This document shows, in pieces, positions 27,844 through 36,098 of a stretch of DNA of 64,000 nucleotides; within the stretch, counting starts at the first letter, position 1, and each line of letters starts with the position of its first letter. The stretch comes from an uncultured delta proteobacterium (GTDB lineage: Bacteria; Desulfobacterota; WTBG01; CAIYCZ01; CAIRTM01): assembly GCA_963723235.1 (NCBI GenBank), contig CAVRPV010000019.1, forward strand, positions 18,077 to 82,076. Reading direction: 5' to 3'. The position numbers and the translations under genes were made by a program. Below the pieces are notes generated by a model. It did no database searches, was not told the DNA's origin, and saw only the letters and a list, made by a program, of their open reading frames with translations.

Positions 27844-28162
27844 TGGGAACCGCCCGCTACTACGCCAACCGCTTCAACGGCAAAAAAACAGCTTCGGGTG
27901 AAGTTTTCAGCCAGAAAAAATTGACCGCCGCCCACCCCAGCCTGCCGTTCGGCACACTGGTGAAAGTCGAGAATCTCGCCAACAGCCTATCCGTCATCGT
28001 CAAGGTCAACGACCGCTGCCGCAAGCACGAGGAAGTCTTTATTGATGTGTCACGCGAAGCCGCGCTCGAACTCGGCTTTCTCAGGCACGGCACGGCCAAA
28101 GTCCGGATTACCGTTGTTAAAATAATCCACCAGACAAAGTTTCGGCAACCGTGCAGGATTAA
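27844..28162 (+). pseudogene. 5'-truncated, frameshifted duplicate of the rlpA 3' two-thirds
   Basis: Collinear with 25434..25753 at roughly 90 percent identity (hand count). It lacks the signal peptide and lipobox. A 1-nt gap near 28116 shifts the frame, and the homologous GGATTAA stop is at 28156..28162. Confidence 0.8.
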
Positions 28163-28172
28163 CTGCTACCGG

Positions 28173-28359
28173 GGTGTTGAAAAATTCTTTTTATACAGGC
28201 TGTTCAAAAACGCACACATGCAAGGCGTGCTATATCATTTGTAGGGGCACGGCATGCCGTGCCCCTACCGTACGCCGTCCTGTCCCGCTCTGCGAGGAGA
28301 GACGAATGATGAGCACAATCCCGCTGTAGCGGGACAGATGGACGTTTTTCAACAGCCTG
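28173..28359 (+). repeat. Family-1 element, copy G (longest; palindrome module + extra hairpins)
   Basis: Outer arm GGTGTTGAAAAATTC and left arm at 28198. GTAGGGGCACGGCATGCCGTGCCCCTAC at 28241..28268. TCCCGCTGTAGCGGGA hairpin. Right arm ends at 28359, directly abutting the TerC stop. Confidence 0.9.
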
Positions 28360-29100
28360 CTATTGCGGATAACTTTTGTGCAGCTCCACGGGCTCGCTGT
28401 TTTTGCGCATGCGCAAATTAAGCGTTTCCACAAAAATTGAAAAAGCCATGGCAAAATAAATATATCCCTTGGGGAAATGAACTTCAACGCCTTCGGCCAC
28501 CAGCGTCGTGCCGATCAGCAGCAGAAAGCTGAGCGCCAGCATTTTTATGGTCGGGTGGCTGTCGACGAAGCGGCTGACCTTGCCGACCGCGAACATCATG
28601 ATAACAACGGAAATAACCACGGCCAGCACCATGATGCTTACCCGGCTGGCAAGCCCTACCGCTGTAATGACCGAGTCAAGCGAGAAGACAATATCAAGCA
28701 GCATGATCTGCACGAGTATGCCCGCAAATGATGCCGCAACCCGCTTGACCTGAACATGTTCTGTCTCGCCCTCCAGCTTATCATGAATCTCAGACGTACT
28801 TTTGCCGATCAAAAAAAGTCCGCCGATAATCAGTATCAGATCGCGCCCTGAGATCTCATTGCCCACAACCGTAAAAAGGGGCGCTGACAGCCGCATAATC
28901 CACGTCAGCGACAACAGGAGCAGAATACGTGAGAGCATGGCAAGCCCCAGACCGATCACCTTGGCTTTTTCCCGCTGTTCATGTGGCAGCTTGCCGGCCA
29001 AAATCGTTATGAACACGATATTGTCGATGCCCAGCACGATTTCCAGTGCCGTTAAGGTGAGAAGCGATATCCAGGCCTGCGTTTCAAAAATCCATTCCAT
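28360..29100 (-). CDS. TerC family integral membrane protein
   Basis: 246 aa. LEIVLGIDNIVFI and LDIVFSLDSVITA repeats typical of TerC/YoaE. Confidence 0.88.
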   Translation of the reverse strand: MEWIFETQAWISLLTLTALEIVLGIDNIVFITILAGKLPHEQREKAKVIGLGLAMLSRILLLLSLTWIMRLSAPLFTVVGNEISGRDLILIIGGLFLIGKSTSEIHDKLEGETEHVQVKRVAASFAGILVQIMLLDIVFSLDSVITAVGLASRVSIMVLAVVISVVIMMFAVGKVSRFVDSHPTIKMLALSFLLLIGTTLVAEGVEVHFPKGYIYFAMAFSIFVETLNLRMRKNSEPVELHKSYPQ

Positions 29101-29201
29101 GACTACCCCATTCTTATATTGAGTATTGGTATTGCATAAAGGGAGACAGCCGCACTTTATGCCCGATAAAAGGGCACAGCCGCACCCTTTTGTTAGAGAG
29201 C

Positions 29202-29600
29202 TTATTCTGCGATTCTTCCGTCTCGAACATACAGGACTATCAGCACCGCGAGATACATCCCGATCGCACCTGTCTGCAACCAGTAGGGCAGTGTTGACTG
29301 GCTTTCTAAGAGTACCGAGGCAAGAGCGTCCGACAGATTAACCGCGCCCAGCCCAAGAACCGTAAGAGCGAGTACGACAATGGCGCTCAGTGCAACGGAG
29401 CGATGCCGCGCTGCAGAGTAAAACAGCGCGATATACGCACATACCGCAAAGGAAATGATCTTATCCTGATAGGCGTAATACGGCGTATCGTAGTATACAA
29501 AAAGAACCGGCACTTTCAGGCCAAAGAAATGTGCCAGTGCCATGCAGCTGAAATACACAACACCGGCCCAAAATGCATACTGTGTTGGCTTTGAATTCAT
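29202..29600 (-). CDS. Hypothetical membrane protein (4 predicted TM helices)
   Basis: ORF with hydrophobic helices. Start taken at MNSKPTQYAFWAGV (29600). I recognise no family. Confidence 0.5.
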   Translation of the reverse strand: MNSKPTQYAFWAGVVYFSCMALAHFFGLKVPVLFVYYDTPYYAYQDKIISFAVCAYIALFYSAARHRSVALSAIVVLALTVLGLGAVNLSDALASVLLESQSTLPYWLQTGAIGMYLAVLIVLYVRDGRIAE

Positions 29601-29717
29601 AAACGTTCTTCGCGCACATTGTATGGTTCCGCCGCATTGCTGCGGCTCAGGCGCGGCCACTTGCCGTCGCCTGCATTCGTCGTGTTTTATTTAAGGCGCG
29701 GCTCTATTTAATCTTCA

Positions 29718-29799
29718 CACCTTCTTACAACAAATCCGCTTCGCTACCTTACACAATATCTACGCACGATCTGTTCTGCTCCAATCATCTTTTTGCGGT
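29718..29799 (-). pseudogene. Remnant duplicate of the nitroreductase gene 3' end plus downstream flank
   Basis: Aligns to 31415..31494. The minus strand 29749..29803 reads YHRKKMIGAEQIVRRYCV*, against FYRKKMLEAEQVVRRYFVR* at the end of the intact gene. Confidence 0.7.
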
Positions 29800-29858
29800 G
29801 ATATTGGGGAACGGTTTTAATATTGCCTGGACCAAATATATTAATGAAAGTTAGCGGA

Positions 29859-31364
29859 TTAACATCCGCAAAATGGCAGCTGCGATGCATACATTGATCG
29901 CCAGTATTTTGCCTGATAATTTTCAGGCCTGATGCTTTTATGCTTTATACGACGCCAGAGCTTTTCCAGATTTCCATATTCTATCCAGTCATCCTCAACA
30001 AAGCCTTCATTGTTAATGTCCGCCTCTCCCATTCGTCTTAAAATTACAGTACTGCTTTCCTTATTTCCCTCAACCACCCATCCCGGAACGCTCAGCTTGA
30101 CGCTATAGTCCCGGCACTCAATCGGTAAAGGCTGAAGCGTGGATTGCCAATAATCACTGTCTTCTGCAAACGAGAGCGCAATGATAAGAGACCGCAGGGA
30201 CCACAAGCAACTGCCCTGACCGGAATATTGATCCAGCAGACGTTCATCAGCTCCACAATATCCCTGCGTCACCGTTCCTGCCCTTAAGGCTCCGTTACGA
30301 ATGAAGTACTGCCAGGTCACATCCATAGCTCGTCGTGCTAACCCGGGCGAGATTAATTTCGAATTTTTATCTGCTGCAATCAAGAGTGGCACTGGCAAAG
30401 CTATGCGATAACAAATACTCCTGCCATAAATGGGAAACCCCGCCGTACTAAATAAATACTGATAATCCTCTGCGAAACGAGTTGTGGCTTTTGTAATAAA
30501 CTCGAGATCCAGCTCTGGCCTGATTTTGCTTAACCAATAAAGTGCGTAGTGTATTCCCCAGGCATTGTAATAATCAAAACGCTCTCCTTCCCTGACCCCA
30601 TCTGTAAACCACCCGTCACCCCGATAAAACTTTTTGATGGATTGATAGTGGTCATCCAATAGCTTCGGGCTGCCCTCTGTACGCCGCAAATCGATCAGCA
30701 CGGCATTAACTAACACAACAAAAAGATGCCAGTTGTTATCTGGGACTCTCTTCTTGTTCACCTGTGCCAACCATCTTGCAATACGCGTTTGCTGCTTTGG
30801 AGCCAGCACATCCCACACCTGTTTTCGCGTTAACCACAGCGTTAAGGCCACATCAGCGGCCTCTACAATGCGCTGATCCCCATGTTTCATTTGACCCCAA
30901 TACTCTCCGGATTGTGGATTCGTCCCCGCAACAATGGCGTCTCTGAGAGTTTTCGCCAAGTCAATCGTTCCGCCATCTTGCAGGTTGAGCTGGTTTGGTC
31001 GACCTGCATATAGCCAGGCACCCATTAAGGGCGCCATACGGGTAAAGCCTTCAACTCTATCGATGAGGCTGCCGTGCGAACTGGGAAGGCCGGGATAATT
31101 TACCAGTGCGCCCGCTTTGCTGCGGTAAAACTGGTACCCCTCGACGAAATACTGAAAAATTGCCTCATAACTTTCAGGGCTATGCTGCTTATCCTGATAA
31201 AAATCAGAGATTAGCTGCTCCCGTTGGGCTGGATAATTCTCGGGGAAAGGTACTGCTCTGAAAGGATATTGGTAAATCCTCCAGCTTACCAGGGACACTA
31301 TACCCAATATCAACAATGCAATGACAGCCAACCTATAACGATCCAAAGTCGCCATGTGTTGCAA
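29859..31364 (-). CDS. DUF2264 domain-containing protein
   Basis: 501 aa. N-terminal TM anchor and DUF2264-like sequence (…RVEGFTRMAPL…, PDNNWHLF, YGRSICYR). Visibly AT-richer than the surrounding genes. Confidence 0.7.
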   Translation of the reverse strand: MQHMATLDRYRLAVIALLILGIVSLVSWRIYQYPFRAVPFPENYPAQREQLISDFYQDKQHSPESYEAIFQYFVEGYQFYRSKAGALVNYPGLPSSHGSLIDRVEGFTRMAPLMGAWLYAGRPNQLNLQDGGTIDLAKTLRDAIVAGTNPQSGEYWGQMKHGDQRIVEAADVALTLWLTRKQVWDVLAPKQQTRIARWLAQVNKKRVPDNNWHLFVVLVNAVLIDLRRTEGSPKLLDDHYQSIKKFYRGDGWFTDGVREGERFDYYNAWGIHYALYWLSKIRPELDLEFITKATTRFAEDYQYLFSTAGFPIYGRSICYRIALPVPLLIAADKNSKLISPGLARRAMDVTWQYFIRNGALRAGTVTQGYCGADERLLDQYSGQGSCLWSLRSLIIALSFAEDSDYWQSTLQPLPIECRDYSVKLSVPGWVVEGNKESSTVILRRMGEADINNEGFVEDDWIEYGNLEKLWRRIKHKSIRPENYQAKYWRSMYASQLPFCGC

Positions 31365-31414
31365 ATTATCCCCGCCTGAAACAGTTCATCTCGCCCATGC
31401 GACTTGCTAATCGC

Positions 31415-31494
31415 CACCTTCTTAAAACAAGACCTACCTTACCTGACAAAATACCTGCGCACGACCTGCTCGGCTTCAAGCATCTTTTTGCGGT
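31415..31494 (-). repeat. Partner of the 29718..29799 direct repeat (authentic nitroreductase 3' end + flank)
   Basis: CACCTTCTTA...CTACCTTAC...CATCTTTTTGCGGT is shared with 29718..29799. In the 43-nt coding block I count 7 mismatches. Confidence 0.7.
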
Positions 31495-32209
31495 AAAAGG
31501 CAAGCTGCTTGTCGAAGTTTGAAAGCGGGTGGCCGATTTTGAAGCCGATGAACATCTGATCGAACCAATCCCGAAGCATGCCTTTGCACGCTGCGTTGTA
31601 GCACTGCGGCATGACCACGGCATCGCGCGGCTGGCGCGGCGGTATGCCCGGCATTTTCAAGGACCCCTTGCCCAACACCAGCGTTGTAAGCGGCAGCACG
31701 CCTTCAGGCAACGTAAGCTTTTCCACAAGAAAGGCGATGTCGAGCAAGCCGGTACGCCCGGTTTCAGACAGCATGATGCTTTGTATGCCCAGGGCCTCAG
31801 CCGCCAGGTTCATGCTCATGGCGGCGAGCCCCGCGTTAAAAACAGCCAGGCTCATGTTGATCGCGGGAGTCTCTGCAAAATCGCTGAAGAGCTCGCTCAG
31901 GCGGTTCTGGTCGGCGCAGATGACTATAGCATACGTGCCCTTGAACGGAATCGGCCGCTCAAAGGTCTGATGCCATTGAGAGCGGTCAAAGGTAATAAAC
32001 GACCAGGTCTGCAGGTTGACCGTGCTGGGCGCGAACCGGCCCGCATCCAGAATAGCGTCAAGGTCCTGCGGCGAAATGGCACCGGGTGCGAAGCTGCGGC
32101 AGCTGCGGCGACTGAAGATAAGCTTCAGCGTTTCGGGCAGGTCAGTGCGGGATGCCGAGGGCGCAGCGCCCGTAAACAGGGCCAGAAAATTTTTTATCGC
32201 TCGAAGCAT
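31439..32209 (-). CDS. Nitroreductase family protein
   Basis: 256 aa. RRSCRSF...PSTVNLQTW motif characteristic of the nitroreductase fold. Confidence 0.8.
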   Translation of the reverse strand: MLRAIKNFLALFTGAAPSASRTDLPETLKLIFSRRSCRSFAPGAISPQDLDAILDAGRFAPSTVNLQTWSFITFDRSQWHQTFERPIPFKGTYAIVICADQNRLSELFSDFAETPAINMSLAVFNAGLAAMSMNLAAEALGIQSIMLSETGRTGLLDIAFLVEKLTLPEGVLPLTTLVLGKGSLKMPGIPPRQPRDAVVMPQCYNAACKGMLRDWFDQMFIGFKIGHPLSNFDKQLAFYRKKMLEAEQVVRRYFVR

Positions 32210-32244
32210 AGAATATTACCAATAAAGCAGTAAATTTACCTTCA

Positions 32245-32323
32245 GTCATTCCGGCGAAAGCCGGAATCCAGGGGACTCCGATAAACACAGAAGCACTGGA
32301 CACCGGTTTTCACCGGTGTGACG
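32245..32323 (+). repeat. Family-2 twin-hairpin element
   Basis: GTCATTCCGGCGAAAGCCGGAATCC ... GGACACCGGTTTTCACCGGTGTGACG. Confidence 0.85.
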
Positions 32324-32378
32324 ACTGTTGGCATCAGCATTAATACTCGCAGCATGGCACATGCACGCACATTCAGTT

Positions 32379-32486
32379 GTAGGCCGGACTAAGCTTGCCC
32401 TGAGCGAAGTCGAAGGGCGAAGTGAGTCCGGCGCCTTTTGCATTAATCAAATTTCGCCGGACACGCTGTCGCTTTGTCCGGCCTAC
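32379..32486. repeat. Family-3 REP doublet (REPIN-like), GCCGGAC class
   Basis: GTAGGCCGGACTAAGC...GAGTCCGGCG ... CGCCGGACACGCTGTCGCTTTGTCCGGCCTAC. Confidence 0.8.
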
Positions 32487-32541
32487 GCTCTAAACATACA
32501 TTAATAACACCGTCGTAAAGGTTTCGATTGTCACGTTTCAG

Positions 32542-33069
32542 TCATTCCTCCGGCAGGGCATAGATTCCCGGCAGGGCCCGGTAGCGCTCGTCAAAATCAA
32601 GCCCGCAACCGACTACGAACACATCACCAACCTCAAAGCCGAAATAATCAACTGCAACCGCTACTCTGCGGCGGCACTGCTTGTTCAAAAGCGCGCACAC
32701 GCGCAGCGATGACGGAGAGCGCTTATGGAGCTCTTCGATCAGGTGCGCAAGCGTTTCGCCGGTATCGACAATATCCTCGACAATCAAAACGTCACGGCCC
32801 CGAATGTCTGTACTCAAATCTTTTTCAAGGGTACTGACACCGGTTGATTCCCGGCATGCGCCGTAGGACGCGACTTGAACAAAATCAATTGTAACGTCGA
32901 GGTCAAGGTTGCGGATGATGTCGGCCAGAAAAACAAAGCAGCCTTTTAAAACGCCGACAATGACAAGATGTCTGCCCTGATAGTCCGCGCTGATCCGCCC
33001 GGCAAGCTCACGAATGCGCTGCTCAATCTGCGCCCGGGGAAAAACAAGCTGAAGAGTGTCTGAGATCAT
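32542..33069 (-). CDS. hpt: Hypoxanthine phosphoribosyltransferase
   Basis: 175 aa. VLIVEDIVDTGETL PRPP-binding motif and Hpt-like sequence throughout. Confidence 0.92.
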   Translation of the reverse strand: MISDTLQLVFPRAQIEQRIRELAGRISADYQGRHLVIVGVLKGCFVFLADIIRNLDLDVTIDFVQVASYGACRESTGVSTLEKDLSTDIRGRDVLIVEDIVDTGETLAHLIEELHKRSPSSLRVCALLNKQCRRRVAVAVDYFGFEVGDVFVVGCGLDFDERYRALPGIYALPEE

Positions 33070-33234
33070 GCGCGTAAATTCCTGTCTGCAGTTGGCCTGG
33101 GATTGCCGAACATGATTTCACGAGCACGACGGGCTTGTCAATAAGGAATTGATTTTATGAGGGTTTTTTTATAAGATGGGTCAATTTTAACGCACCGTAC
33201 TAACTACTGAGCAAAGACGCAAAAGCACCTGACA

Positions 33235-33393
33235 GGATATTGAAAAAGTCTCTTTGTACAGGCTGTTCAAAAATGCGCAGATGCAAGGCGCACGAAGTTG
33301 TGAGGAATGAGGCGTACTTTTCGTACGCCGCAATGACGAACAATGAGCGCAATCCCGCCATGGCGGGACAGATGCGTGTTTTTCAACAGCCTG
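33235..33393 (+). repeat. Family-1 element, copy H
   Basis: Outer arm GGATATTGAAAAAGTC and left arm at 33261. GGCGTACTTTTCGTACGCC hairpin and TCCCGCCATGGCGGGA hairpin. Right arm ends at 33393, 25 nt before the valS ATG. Confidence 0.9.
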
Positions 33394-33418
33394 CTAATCA
33401 CCTGAAAACGGACATAAC

Positions 33419-36073
33419 ATGAGCGATACTGAACTGGACAAAAGCTACGACCCGCATACGGTCGAACAGAGATGGTATGAAATCTGGAAGGACAAGGGTT
33501 TCTTTAAAGCCTCAGGAGATAGCGGCGCCGAGCCCTATTGCATCGTCATCCCGCCCCCGAACGTTACCGGCTCCCTGCACATGGGCCATGCCCTGAACAA
33601 CACCCTGCAGGACATTTTGATCCGCTTCAAGCGCATGCAGGGCTGCAACACCCTGTGGCAGTGCGGCACCGACCATGCGGGCATCGCGACCCAGAACGTG
33701 GTGGAGCGCGATCTTGCAAAAGAAAACATGACACGCTTTGACCTTGGCCGCGAGGCTTTTATCGAGCGCGTCTGGCAGTGGCGGGCCCAGTACGGCGGGA
33801 TTATCGTCAATCAGCTCATGAAACTCGGAGCCTCGTGCGACTGGTCGCGCGAGCGCTTTACCATGGATGAAGGCTGCTCGCGCGCCGTGCGTGAAGTATT
33901 TGTCACGCTGCATGCAGAAGGCCTGATCTACCGGGGTGAAAAACTGATCAACTGGTGCCCGCGCTGCCACACGGCCCTGTCCGATCTGGAAGCCGAGCAT
34001 GAAGACATTCAGGGCAATCTCTACTACATCCGATATCCATCACCTGACGGATCGGCCCACCTGTGCGTTGCCACGACGCGGCCCGAGACCATGCTGGGCG
34101 ATACGGCCATTGCAATCAACCCCGAAGATGAGCGCCACCTGAACTGGCAGGGAAAATGCGTGGTGCTGCCGCTCATGAACCGCGAGATTCCCGTTATCGC
34201 CGACAGCTATGTTGACCTTGAATTCGGAACCGGGGCCCTGAAAATCACCCCGGCGCACGATCCCAATGACTTTGAAATCGGGAAAAAATATGGCCTGCCG
34301 ACAATCAAGGTCATCGACAATAACGGCTGCATGAGCGCAGAGGCCGGACCCTACGCGGGCCTTGACCGCTTTGAGGCCCGCACAAAAATTGTTGCCGATC
34401 TTGAAGCCCTGGGCCTGATTGAAAAAATCGAACCGCACATGCACGCGGTCGGGCACTGCTACCGCTGCAAGAGCATTGTTGAGCCCAATCTGTCCATGCA
34501 GTGGTTTGTGGATGTCAAGCCCCTGGCCGAGAAGGCCATCGAGGCCGTCAAGGACGGCCGCACGCGCATCATTCCGTCCACCTGGGAAAAAACCTATTTT
34601 GAATGGATGAACAACATCCGCGACTGGTGCATCTCGCGCCAGATCTGGTGGGGCCACCGCATACCGGCCTGGTTCTGCAGCCAGTGCGATCATATCACGG
34701 TCGCAAAAGATGATCCTGAGGCCTGCGCCGCATGCGGCAGCCCCGACATCACGCAGGAAAGCGATGTGCTGGATACCTGGTTCAGCTCGGCCCTGTGGCC
34801 GTTTTCAACCCTGGGCTGGCCGGATAAAACCCCGGAGCTCGCAAACCTGTATCCCACGTCCTGCCTGGTAACCGGATTTGACATTCTCTTTTTCTGGGTG
34901 GCCCGCATGATGATGATGGGCCTTAAATTCATGGGTGACGTGCCCTTCCGGGACGTCTACATTCACGCCCTGGTGCGCGACGCGCACGGCCACAAGATGA
35001 GCAAATCCAAGGGCAACGTGATCGATCCCCTGGAGATTATTGAGAAATTCGGCACAGACAGCTTCCGCTTCACCCTGACGGCCATGGCTGCCCAGGGCCG
35101 CGATATCAGCCTGTCTGAAGAGCGCATTGAAGGCTACCGCCATTTCGTCAACAAGCTCTGGAACGCTTCGCGCTTTGCGCTCATGCATGTTGAGGGCTGC
35201 ACCCCCGGCCTGCCAGAAGGCAGCCTCGAGCTGAAGGACCGCTGGATTTTGAGCCGGCTCAACAGCGTTATCATTCAAGTACGTGATGCCCTTGAGGGCT
35301 ATCGCTTTAACGAAGCAGCCAATGCCCTGTACCAGTTCGTGTGGCGTGAATTCTGCGACTGGTATGTTGAAATGGCCAAGCCGTCCCTGTATGACCGCGA
35401 CAATGCCGCTCAGCGCGGCTGCACCCAGCAGGTGCTCTTTCATGTGCTGCGCACGATAGTCGAGCTGCTGCACCCGATCATGCCCTTTGTCACCGAGGAA
35501 ATCTGGCAAAAACTGCCGGGTAAAGGTGAAAGCATCGTGGTGACCGCGTTCCCGCAGGCTGACCGTGCGCGCATACTGCCCGATGTTGAAGCCAGCATGG
35601 AGCACCTCTTCCAGTTTGTTACGGCCGTGCGCACTATACGCGCTGAGATGAACATAGCGCCGTCGGCCCGGCCGGCTGCTGACCTCTTGTGCCATGACAG
35701 CATTGTTGAAGCGCTGCTGCGTCAGCACACCGACCTGATCTGCAGCCTTGCAGGCCTTTCTCAGGCCACGGTGCACGAAACATTCGCACGCTCCAATACG
35801 GCTGCGGCGGGTGTTGTTGACGCCGGTGAGGTGTTTGTGGAACTTGAAGGCATCATTGATTTTAATGAAGAAGGCAAACGCCTGGAGCGCGAAGCCGCCA
35901 AACTGAAAAAAGATATCGATTTTATCAGCGGCAAGCTGGGCAACCCAAAATTCGTGGATCATGCCCCGGCCGACATCGTGCAAAAAGAGCGTGAAAAGCT
36001 CTGTGTGATTGAAGGCAAACAGGCAAAACTTCAGGAAAACATCGCGCGCATCGCTTCGCTGCGCACGTGCTGA
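33419..36073 (+). CDS. valS: Valine--tRNA ligase
   Basis: 884 aa. HIGH-type motif PPPNVTGSLHMGHA, KMSKS motif, C-terminal coiled coil. Confidence 0.96.
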   Translation: MSDTELDKSYDPHTVEQRWYEIWKDKGFFKASGDSGAEPYCIVIPPPNVTGSLHMGHALNNTLQDILIRFKRMQGCNTLWQCGTDHAGIATQNVVERDLAKENMTRFDLGREAFIERVWQWRAQYGGIIVNQLMKLGASCDWSRERFTMDEGCSRAVREVFVTLHAEGLIYRGEKLINWCPRCHTALSDLEAEHEDIQGNLYYIRYPSPDGSAHLCVATTRPETMLGDTAIAINPEDERHLNWQGKCVVLPLMNREIPVIADSYVDLEFGTGALKITPAHDPNDFEIGKKYGLPTIKVIDNNGCMSAEAGPYAGLDRFEARTKIVADLEALGLIEKIEPHMHAVGHCYRCKSIVEPNLSMQWFVDVKPLAEKAIEAVKDGRTRIIPSTWEKTYFEWMNNIRDWCISRQIWWGHRIPAWFCSQCDHITVAKDDPEACAACGSPDITQESDVLDTWFSSALWPFSTLGWPDKTPELANLYPTSCLVTGFDILFFWVARMMMMGLKFMGDVPFRDVYIHALVRDAHGHKMSKSKGNVIDPLEIIEKFGTDSFRFTLTAMAAQGRDISLSEERIEGYRHFVNKLWNASRFALMHVEGCTPGLPEGSLELKDRWILSRLNSVIIQVRDALEGYRFNEAANALYQFVWREFCDWYVEMAKPSLYDRDNAAQRGCTQQVLFHVLRTIVELLHPIMPFVTEEIWQKLPGKGESIVVTAFPQADRARILPDVEASMEHLFQFVTAVRTIRAEMNIAPSARPAADLLCHDSIVEALLRQHTDLICSLAGLSQATVHETFARSNTAAAGVVDAGEVFVELEGIIDFNEEGKRLEREAAKLKKDIDFISGKLGNPKFVDHAPADIVQKEREKLCVIEGKQAKLQENIARIASLRTC

Positions 36074-36098
36074 GGCATCTCTTCGTGAGTGCAAAAAG

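Noticed and set aside
28241-28268. A sigma-54 promoter within the GGCACGGCATGCCGTGCC palindrome
   Set aside because: The GG-to-GC spacing is 10 nt rather than the 12 nt of the TGGCAC-N5-TTGC consensus, the TTGC element is absent, and the sequence is a symmetric repeat module found in both orientations.
29101-29201. A yybP-ykoY (Mn2+) riboswitch upstream of the TerC-family gene
   Set aside because: The leader is only about 100 nt. It contains two simple hairpins and lacks the conserved four-helix architecture and conserved loop sequences as I remember them.
29848-29872. An integron attC-like site at the 3' end of the DUF2264 gene (GTTAGCGGATTAACATCCGC)
   Set aside because: The short inverted repeat GCGGAT-TAAC-ATCCGC overlaps the stop codon, but GTTAGCG does not fit the GTTRRRY core. 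There is no paired inverse core at the expected distance, and no intI or attI nearby.
33240-33422. Small ORFs translated from the repeat elements, such as 33240..33422. Others are 23747..23935, 28230..28487, 40102..40308, 42189..42473, 36869..37249 and 32246..32443, with recurring peptides like …VFQQP, ARHAVPLQ and VIPAKAGIQ.
   Set aside because: They coincide exactly with family-1, -2 or -3 repeats, occur in either orientation and frame, and lack RBS or start context. They are translation artefacts of repeated DNA.
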